Origin: Priestia megaterium
Lineage (GTDB): Bacteria > Bacillota > Bacilli > Bacillales > Bacillaceae_H
DNA: 24,000 bases
NCBI RefSeq assembly: GCF_046599315.1
Contig: NZ_JBKIKC010000020.1
Span: forward strand, 14,951 to 38,950
Direction: 5' to 3'
The notes beneath the pieces were generated by a model. It was not told where the DNA came from. It saw only the letters and a program-made list of their open reading frames with translations, and searched no databases. The position numbers and the translations under genes are program-made. Below are positions 16,292-23,027 of this stretch, piece after piece. How positions within the stretch are numbered: position 1 is the first letter of the stretch; each line of letters opens with the position of its first letter.

Positions 16292-16648
16292 TTAAAACTT
16301 AATATCTACCCAATGTCCCTCTATTAACTTCTCATAAGTTCCCCATTTAGGAGCATGGGTATTTATACTTTTAACTCTTACTGGTTCAATAATATCTTCC
16401 TGACAACCCTCCATTGGATTCTGTATATAAATCCAAGAAACTTTACTATCTCTGTCCCTTAAGAATTCCCTGTTGAAAAGCTCCTCTGCTTCTTGTAATG
16501 TTTCAAAACTATAATCTTCAATTGAAGGCACATCATCTAACGTATCGTAAAGAAACATATTTATTTCATCTTTAAGATCAACTATCATAACTATCATAAC
16601 TTTCTTAACATCATGTATAGGCGTATCTAATATTGTATATTTTCTCAT
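16292..16648 (-). CDS. Hypothetical small acidic protein (118 aa)
   Basis: ORF with SD AAGGAGA 6 nt upstream of the ATG. No family recognised. Contains an in-frame 9-bp tandem duplication at 16582-16599. Confidence 0.6.
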   Translation of the reverse strand: MRKYTILDTPIHDVKKVMIVMIVDLKDEINMFLYDTLDDVPSIEDYSFETLQEAEELFNREFLRDRDSKVSWIYIQNPMEGCQEDIIEPVRVKSINTHAPKWGTYEKLIEGHWVDIKF

Positions 16649-16751
16649 TAAATCTCCTTACTCAAATAAATTTTTCATTTAATGATTATAAATGGTTTCA
16701 GAAGTGTTATCCTCTTTTATCTTCTAAATGGATGCATATCTTGCACACTTA

Positions 16752-16786
16752 CAGTTACATAATACGGCTTCTAGGAAACAAAAAAA
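16752..16786 (+). repeat. Intergenic repeat family, copy D
   Basis: CAGTTACATAATACGGCTTCTAGGAAACAAAAAAA aligns to copy B positions 28-60 with one gap and about 4 mismatches. Confidence 0.65.
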
Positions 16787-16814
16787 GGTGTCCCTTGGTA
16801 AATTAGGACACCTT
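16785..16814 (-). terminator. Terminator of the alpha/beta hydrolase gene
   Basis: AAGGTGTCC (16785-16793) pairs with GGACACCTT (16806-16814). The A7 run on the plus strand gives a U-tail on the minus strand. Confidence 0.65.
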
Positions 16815-16932
16815 TTAATTATTTAATCAATTAATTCTTCTTCATGAAACAAATTAGATATTTTCTGCTACGATTATTAAAAACATCGGTCTTCTCGTTT
16901 CATGTACCATTTCAGGGATACTTTCTAATATT

Positions 16933-17679
16933 TCATTCCTTCATAAAATCATTAATGTGATGATACAATTTCTCAGGATGGGTGAGATTGACCATATGGT
17001 CAGCATCTGGAATTTCTATGATGCGAGCATCTGAGTGCTTTCGAAAGTAATCAGCAACACGAAGGTTATCAGGTGAATCCTCCTTACCAATTATCAACAA
17101 TGTTTTAGTCGTCAATTCTCCTAATCTTTCGATTGCCAATGGTTGCTGCCAAATCAATTTAACGGCTGGCCATTCAAACATTCGATTCATATGGTGCTTG
17201 AGCATTTGAACCATTAAACCCCGGTGAGGACTCATCGTTAGAACAGGATAAGATGGATCACTGAGCAAAAGCTCAACCATCTTATCTATATCTGGGGCAG
17301 CTTGATGAATCTTCTTCATGTTCTCTTCAAATTCTTTGGAATAGGTAAACCCAGATAATCCAGGCGCAAGCAAAACAAGTTTTGAAACCCTTTCAGGATA
17401 ATTCAGAGCGAATTCAGTAGCAATTTGGCCACCCATTGAGTGACCGATAAGCGTTGCCTGGCTGATTTCTAGATGATTAAGTAGTGACAGCAAATCTTTA
17501 ACAGGGTTGATATCTTCTAAAGGAACCGGTGATTTCCCCGTCCCACGTCCATCATAAGCAACAACCTTATAGTGTTTTGCTAAAAGAGGCACCATAAATG
17601 TCCAGTTCCGTACATCAGCACCGCCAGTTAGGAGAACAACAGGATGGCCATGCCCATTAACTTCGTAATACAAATCCAT
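16933..17679 (-). CDS. Alpha/beta-fold hydrolase
   Basis: Nucleophile elbow GHSMGG, with a C-terminal D...H pair. The start is moved to the ATG at 17679 (MDLYYEVNG...) because GGAGG lies 7 nt upstream. The ORF-track start at 17697 would sit within that SD region. Confidence 0.85.
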   Translation of the reverse strand: MDLYYEVNGHGHPVVLLTGGADVRNWTFMVPLLAKHYKVVAYDGRGTGKSPVPLEDINPVKDLLSLLNHLEISQATLIGHSMGGQIATEFALNYPERVSKLVLLAPGLSGFTYSKEFEENMKKIHQAAPDIDKMVELLLSDPSYPVLTMSPHRGLMVQMLKHHMNRMFEWPAVKLIWQQPLAIERLGELTTKTLLIIGKEDSPDNLRVADYFRKHSDARIIEIPDADHMVNLTHPEKLYHHINDFMKE

Positions 17680-17788
17680 TGAAATTCCTCCACCCATTAC
17701 AATTTAATATTATTTTATTGTCGAATGAACTTTTATTCATTGTTCAAAAGTGGTAGTAGGGTATCTTTATTTTAAAGAACCAATCACC

Positions 17789-17977
17789 TTGACATCGACT
17801 TATAGCCATTCAAATAATTTACTTCGTCTCATTTATAAAAAAACCTTTATGGATTCTGTCCATTTTATGTTCCTAAGTTGTATATAGTATTTATTCTTGG
17901 TTACCATAATGGATTTTTCCGGAACATATACAAAAAAACTCCCCAAAGCCCCAAGGGGGCTGTTGAGTTTTCATTTT
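17789..17977 (+). ncRNA. Candidate small RNA: orphan promoter-to-terminator unit with no plausible ORF
   Basis: TTGACA (17789-17794), 18 bp, AATAAT (17813-17818). GC-rich hairpin GCCCC/GGGGC (17948-17960) nested inside AAAACTC/GAGTTTT (17935-17971), followed by a T-run. No SD-preceded ORF lies between them. Confidence 0.3.
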
Positions 17978-18056
17978 ACCGATTGTGAAATTCCCTATAC
18001 ATCAACTTTTGGTTTAGTGTGATTAACTATGCTGATAAAGATAGCTTTTTAAATAT

Positions 18057-18099
18057 AAATAATTTCTTTACATTACATTTGTAATGAAAGAAATTATTT
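18057..18099. repeat. 43-bp AT-rich near-perfect palindrome/hairpin upstream of the CMD gene
   Basis: AAATAATTTCTTT (18057-18069) pairs with AAAGAAATTATTT (18087-18099). The inner CATTACA (18071-18077) pairs with TGTAATG (18080-18086). There is one bulged A. TTT follows. Confidence 0.8.
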
Positions 18100-18209
18100 T
18101 GGATTCTATTTGTATCTTATTTAAATGTTATTTAATTCGAAATAAATTCTCAAAGGAACTGAAAACTTTTAGAATAAGGGATGAAAAATAATAAGGGAGG
18201 ATCAGTATT

Positions 18210-18626
18210 ATGACAAATATTTCTTTATCCGGTAATGGAAGTACTCCTTTTCAGCAGCTATTAGGCCATAACACAAATGTATTGAGTGCTTGGAACAACC
18301 TAGGAGAAATTCTAGAAGGGGATAACAGCCTCTCAGCTTCTTTGAAAGAGCAAGTTAGAAGAACATTAGCTCAAAAAAATGGATGCGAATATTGTAAAGC
18401 AAAAGGAAAGCCTAACCCAGATTTATTTGATGAGAAAACGTCTCTTGCTGTAGGTTTTGCGGAAGTTTTTTTAAAACAAAGAGGGGAAATAAACGAATCC
18501 TTTTTTCAAGTGTTGAAGGAAACCCTCACCGATCGTGAGATTAGTGAATTATGTGCATTTATAAGCTTTGCTACAGCTTCACAATATTTTGGAGCCTTAT
18601 TGGCTTTAAAGCCGAATAAGGAGTAA
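18210..18626 (+). CDS. Carboxymuconolactone decarboxylase / AhpD-like family protein
   Basis: 138 aa. CxxC motif (NGCEYCKA) in an all-helical context typical of AhpD-like proteins. SD AAGGGAGGA upstream. Confidence 0.7.
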   Translation: MTNISLSGNGSTPFQQLLGHNTNVLSAWNNLGEILEGDNSLSASLKEQVRRTLAQKNGCEYCKAKGKPNPDLFDEKTSLAVGFAEVFLKQRGEINESFFQVLKETLTDREISELCAFISFATASQYFGALLALKPNKE

Positions 18627-18810
18627 GCATATGATCAAGTAGACCAAGAGTTTTCCCTAAATCAATAGGAGTAAAAATAGGTAGAGTTTACACCATATCT
18701 ATTATATCTATTTAATAAATGTAATTTTGCTCTTACAATAAGGGGGAAGACATGCTTTAAATAAGATAAAATCATGAACTTTATTAGTAAAATACAAGGA
18801 GGAACCTTTA

Positions 18811-19328
18811 TTGATTTCGGAATTATATACAAAAAGGTTACACCTAAGAAAGATGAATGAATCCGATGCATCTAATTTATTTAATATTTGGTCTAACCCT
18901 TATGTTACTAGGTACATGAATATTAATAATTTTACCAAGATAGAACAAGCAAGAGATATGATTAACTTTTTAAATAAACTAGCTTTTGAAAAAAAGGCTA
19001 TTCGCTTTGCTATTATTGAATTAAAAACATATGAAATTATTGGATCATGTGGCTATAACATGTTAGACTTCGAGCATCCAAAAGTTGAAATCGGATACGA
19101 GCTTTCCAAAGCAGTATGGGGAGAGGGTACGCGTCTGAAGCTATTAACAGTTTATTAAATTATGCTTTTTTAGATTTAGACATAAACCGAGTTGAAGCAA
19201 AAGTAGAGCCTTTAAATACTAATTCGATTAAAACTTTACGTCGGTTGAATTTTACATTTGAAGGAACACTTAGGTAAGTAGAGAAGTCAAAAGGTAAGTT
19301 TATAGATCTTAATGTATATTCCAAATAA
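18811..19328 (+). pseudogene. GNAT (RimJ/RimL-like) N-acetyltransferase, decayed: frameshift plus in-frame stop
   Basis: TTG start after AAGGAGGA. Frame 1 reads to ...KAVWGEG, then terminates at 19158. The -1 frame from 19125 reads GYASEAINSLLNYAFLDLDINRVEAKVEPLNTNSIKTLRRLNFTFEGTLR, then TAA (19275-19277), then VEKSKGKFIDLNVYSK and a stop at 19326-19328. Confidence 0.75.
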
Positions 19329-19522
19329 AAAATAGATTAATGGCTTAATTCAATTATACATTTACTTGCTTTACTAACATTTACCTTTACTTACATCGTG
19401 ATTAGAAATACATTTCTACCTTTGTCAGTAATATTTACGGGATGAAGTATGGCAGGATGTATAGCTTGTTATTAACATTTAAAAAAATTCGCTGGTTGAG
19501 GGCAGAAGGAGCAGATAAATAA

Positions 19523-20032
19523 ATGAGTACAAAAAAAATATATCTTACCCCATTTGAAACGACCCATATTCAACAGTTACATAAATGGTTAAATGATGAA
19601 CAAGCAATACGAATGATTGGTAGGACACCTTTAACTTATGAAGAGGTAGTACAGGAAGTAGAAAAGAAAAGAATGAATGACGATTTAATTTTAGGGATTG
19701 AAACCAATGAACAAGTATTAGTTGGCTGGGTATTCCTAAAAGATATAGATTATACACATGGAAGAGCTAGTATCGGCATTCTTTTATCTTCAGAAGCTAG
19801 GGGTCAAGGGTATGGTCAAATGGCCATGGAGCAAATGATTGATCTAGGATTTAAACAGCTTCGTCTAAATAAAATCTATTTAACAACAAGAGGATTAAAC
19901 GAGCAAGCCATTGCATTATATAAAAAAATTGGTTTTGTTACAGAAGGCACATTAAGAAATCACGCCTATGTGGAAGGGAAATATGTAGATACATATTTTA
20001 TGGGTATATTAGCTTCAGAGTGGCACAGGTGA
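19523..20032 (+). CDS. GNAT-family N-acetyltransferase (intact)
   Basis: 169 aa. Acetyl-CoA-binding-like motif RGQGYGQMAM. SD GAAGGAG upstream. Confidence 0.85.
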   Translation: MSTKKIYLTPFETTHIQQLHKWLNDEQAIRMIGRTPLTYEEVVQEVEKKRMNDDLILGIETNEQVLVGWVFLKDIDYTHGRASIGILLSSEARGQGYGQMAMEQMIDLGFKQLRLNKIYLTTRGLNEQAIALYKKIGFVTEGTLRNHAYVEGKYVDTYFMGILASEWHR

Positions 20033-20111
20033 ACCTCAGTTAATGTATATTATATAACTTCTAGAGCAAACTATTAAAGTCAACGTGGTCTGTTCTTTAG
20101 AAGAATAGATC

Positions 20112-20144
20112 AAAAAAGCCACCAACTCATCAATGGCTTTTTTT
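20112..20144 (+). terminator. Rho-independent terminator of the GNAT gene
   Basis: AAAAAAGCCA (20112-20121) pairs with TGGCTTTTTT (20134-20143). Confidence 0.7.
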
Positions 20145-20146
20145 CG

Positions 20147-20206
20147 TTTTAAGCTGTATGAGATATAAATCTTTAGTTAACATAAAACAGCTTCTAGGAA
20201 CAAAAC
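20147..20206 (+). repeat. Intergenic repeat family, copy B (full length)
   Basis: TTTTAAGCTGTATGAGATATAAATCTTTAGTTAACATAAAACAGCTTCTAGGAACAAAAC. It matches copy C at 42 of 60 ungapped positions (manual alignment), with identical blocks of 13, 12 and 7 nt. Confidence 0.75.
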
Positions 20207-20241
20207 AAGAGCTGATAAATTGATTTATCGGCTCTTGTTTT
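20202..20241 (-). terminator. Long hairpin terminator of the 94-aa gene
   Basis: AAAACAAGAGCTGATAAAT pairs with ATTTATCGGCTCTTGTTTT, with one G-U pair. The stop codon at 20240-20242 lies in the stem. Confidence 0.65.
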
Positions 20242-20524
20242 ACTGGCTTGTATTAAATAAATAACTTAACGTAAGCTCTCTGGTTTTCTCATGAATTTTA
20301 TATTCTTCATAAAAAGTTGGATAGCTAAAGATTTCTTTTTCTAAAAAAGAATATTGAGGAAAAACTTCAAAAAAGGTCAACTTTAATTCATTTATTTGAT
20401 TTTGAGGAATTTTTTTCGTTTTGCCTTTTAAAACATAGCTTAAACTCCCAGCTATATTTGCCCAATAACTATCTAAATCCGCAGTTAGTATGTCATCTTC
20501 TCGAAACTTTTCATTAGAATTCAT
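20240..20524 (-). CDS. Hypothetical protein (94 aa)
   Basis: ORF followed by a strong terminator, but the SD is weak. No family recognised. Confidence 0.5.
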   Translation of the reverse strand: MNSNEKFREDDILTADLDSYWANIAGSLSYVLKGKTKKIPQNQINELKLTFFEVFPQYSFLEKEIFSYPTFYEEYKIHEKTRELTLSYLFNTSQ

Positions 20525-20860
20525 TTTTTATTTTATCAACACCATCGTGAGAAAACGGATGATACAATTCAACTTTAAGTTGTCTTAGATCATTAAGTAA
20601 CTTCGTTTTGTCTATATTAAACGCCACCTTTCGTAATCTATACCAATCTTACTTTATCATTTTTATTAATAATACAACTTCAAATCACTATGTATAAGAT
20701 ATACAGAACTCGTTTACATAAGGGTCATTATCAGAAATCTTAATAATAATTCAAAATTTCTTCAAATACGAGGTCAACGAATAATTCTTTGTATTTTTCA
20801 TATTTATTTACTTTTTGTCAAGAATATATTTATCTGATATATCTCTAGGAGGCCAACAAG

Positions 20861-21877
20861 GTGAATGAAAAGAAAATCTATTTAACATCGGCTGAAATTG
20901 GTTGTCTTTGGACTTCCTATATGAATGATAGTATGTCTAAATATATTTTAGGTTATATGCTTAAACATTTGAATGATCCGGATATCCGACCTGCTGTTCA
21001 ATTTGCCTATGACATTGCGGTTGGTCATTTGGATCAATTACTTACCATTTTTGAGCAAGAACAGTATGCAGTTCCTCACGGTTTTACCGAACAAGACGTA
21101 AATATGGAAGCTCCTTGGCTTTTTTCCGATGTATTTTGTTTAACATATGTAAATCATATGGCGAAAGTTGGAATGCTAGCTTATAGTGGATTTGTTTCCA
21201 TGAGTGCAAGAGAAGATATTAGAACTTTCTATACAAAAGGGTTAATAGAAACGTCTACACTTTATAATCAGACTACTGAAATTGCCATTTCAAAAGGGGT
21301 GCATTCAAGACATCCTTATATTGAAGTTCCAAGAGAAGCAGATTATGTCGATAGCAAAAAATATTTAAGTGGATTAAATCCATTTAAAAACAAACGTCCA
21401 TTAAACTCCGTGGAAATTTCGCATTTGTACATGAACGTGCTAACGAATTCGATGGGGGTTAAACTTTCTATTGGCTTTGCTCAAACCTCTCCATCTAAAG
21501 AAATCCAAGATTATATGTTACGAGGAAAAGACATATCGAACAAACACATCAAAATTTTTGCCGATATCTTGCTTGAAAACGATCTTGCCACCCCTCGTTT
21601 ACCGGATGTCAGTATAAGCAATTCAACTACTAAAACATTTTCAGATAAACTAATGATGTTTCATATGTCACTACTAAGTGCTGCCGGTACAGGGAACTAT
21701 GCCACTGCAGCAGCTGCCAGTCAACGAAGCGATTTAGGGCTTAATTATGAACGATTGTCATTAGAAATTGCTCAATATGCTAAAACTGGGGCCGATATCA
21801 TGATTAAACACAATTGGCTTGAACAACCACCGGGAACAAAGGATCGTGAGAAATTAGCCAGAAAAAAGGAACAATAA
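20861..21877 (+). CDS. DUF3231-like protein (two-repeat helical protein of unknown function)
   Basis: 338 aa. GTG start 8 nt after AGGAGG. The two halves are related: LTSAEIGCLWTSYMNDSMSKYILGYMLKH... versus LNSVEISHLYMNVLTNSMGVKLSIGFAQT.... The family name is recalled from memory, not searched. Confidence 0.65.
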   Translation: MNEKKIYLTSAEIGCLWTSYMNDSMSKYILGYMLKHLNDPDIRPAVQFAYDIAVGHLDQLLTIFEQEQYAVPHGFTEQDVNMEAPWLFSDVFCLTYVNHMAKVGMLAYSGFVSMSAREDIRTFYTKGLIETSTLYNQTTEIAISKGVHSRHPYIEVPREADYVDSKKYLSGLNPFKNKRPLNSVEISHLYMNVLTNSMGVKLSIGFAQTSPSKEIQDYMLRGKDISNKHIKIFADILLENDLATPRLPDVSISNSTTKTFSDKLMMFHMSLLSAAGTGNYATAAAASQRSDLGLNYERLSLEIAQYAKTGADIMIKHNWLEQPPGTKDREKLARKKEQ

Positions 21878-22048
21878 TAATTGCACAAAAAACTTGATTA
21901 CCTTTTTAACCTTATATTAATTTTAAAAATTCGCATGTATCTCCTTGTATTTAATGGTCACAAGAATGAATAACTTACTCTATTTTGAACAAACTACCCA
22001 AGACGCTCTGCAACGTCAGCTAACTATTGATCACCATTCATGAAACAG

Positions 22049-22080
22049 AAAAAACTACTGATCCCTGTTCAGTAGTTTTT
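22049..22080 (+). terminator. Rho-independent terminator about 170 nt downstream of the DUF3231-like gene
   Basis: ACTACTGA (22054-22061) pairs with TCAGTAGT (22069-22076). An A-run and a T5 run flank the stem. Confidence 0.65.
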
Positions 22081-22085
22081 CCGAT

Positions 22086-22145
22086 TTTTAAGCTGTATAT
22101 CATATACAATAGTAGTTAACATAATCACCGATATAGGAACCAAAA
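22086..22145 (+). repeat. Intergenic repeat family, copy C (full length)
   Basis: TTTTAAGCTGTATATCATATACAATAGTAGTTAACATAATCACCGATATAGGAACCAAAA. It has the same block spacing as copy B (27 nt and 22 nt). Confidence 0.75.
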
Positions 22146-22187
22146 AAGCTATGGATATGTAGATTCATGGCCATACTTTTAATAAAT

Positions 22188-22748
22188 TCACTCATTGTAA
22201 AAGGGAGAAATAAAAAAGGTATCATCTGTCATAATGTATTGATGTAATTGCTGCAGAGTAGCATCCAACGTTGAAGATAAAGAATCAGCAGCATATGCAC
22301 AAATAGAAATCATACCTTCCTCTTTAACAAAATTATCGGCAGTTGATTCAAATTTTTCTAGTAAAAGAACATCTGGTTCCTCTGAAGCCCATTCTACGTG
22401 AGCCCATGTTCTGATCCATGTATTTTTCATTTTCAACATAGACAAATCTTCTTGAAAATGAGTAAGAATGGTTTCTGTGTGAAAATCACCATTTGCCAAG
22501 TAATAATCAAAATTATTAACTAAACGAATAGATTCTTTTTGTTGATGATTAAACTCTTTATCAATTTTAGCTTTAATTTGAGGAAGTGTCCTCATACTCT
22601 CAATTATTAATATACGTTGTTTACTCTCTAATCCATTCTTAATAAAACTCATTAAATTATTTATGTAAAATTGGTTATCTTCATAACGGTAAAAGACATG
22701 GCCTTTATCAAATTTTTTGGAACTAGATATAGAATTAATTGTTTTCAT
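22188..22748 (-). CDS. MEDS-domain protein (DcmR-type sensory domain, RecA/KaiC-like fold without a Walker A motif)
   Basis: 186 aa. The pattern GHVFYRYED...FIKNGLE...RILII...WIRTWAHVEW...LEKFES...ISICAYA...LHQYIMTD matches my recollection of the MEDS profile. Not searched. Confidence 0.6.
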   Translation of the reverse strand: MKTINSISSSKKFDKGHVFYRYEDNQFYINNLMSFIKNGLESKQRILIIESMRTLPQIKAKIDKEFNHQQKESIRLVNNFDYYLANGDFHTETILTHFQEDLSMLKMKNTWIRTWAHVEWASEEPDVLLLEKFESTADNFVKEEGMISICAYAADSLSSTLDATLQQLHQYIMTDDTFFISPFYNE

Positions 22749-23027
22749 AGTTCACCTCAGAATGATTTTGGCGAAAATTCAAAAAATTATAGGCTAATAA
22801 GGTATTCTCATTTGTGATAATTTTACATTAAGTTGTTTAAGATGTATATCACATACGGAATTAGTATTTTATCAGTGTTATAGCAAAACAGCCCTAGAGT
22901 TATAACTCCAAGGCTATCTTAGTAATGATTACTTAGATAGAATAAACTTTATTTACTTTTTCAATACGAATGTATTTTCACAAACTCATCTGTATTTCCG
23001 CGTGTAGAGGAAACTTCTCTATTCCTC

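Noticed and set aside
17742-17764. SigB-like promoter GTTCAA ... GGGTAT upstream of the sRNA candidate.
   Set aside because: The spacer is only 11 nt, against the 12-15 nt expected. A second GGGAAT on the minus strand (17989-17994) has no GTTTAA-like -35.
21952-22041. 29-codon ORF (MVTRMNNLLYFEQTTQDALQRQLTIDHHS) in the long 3' region after the DUF3231-like gene.
   Set aside because: It has no SD and no recognisable motif. It is noted only because the terminator lies unusually far from the upstream stop codon.
15887-22145. The idea that the repeat family represents integron attC sites and the small minus-strand genes are cassettes.
   Set aside because: The GTTAACA core does not fit GTTRRRY. 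I could not find R''/L''-L'/R' imperfect inverted repeats. No integrase is in the window and integrons are essentially unknown in Bacillus-like Firmicutes. Kept only as a generic 'cassette boundary' speculation.
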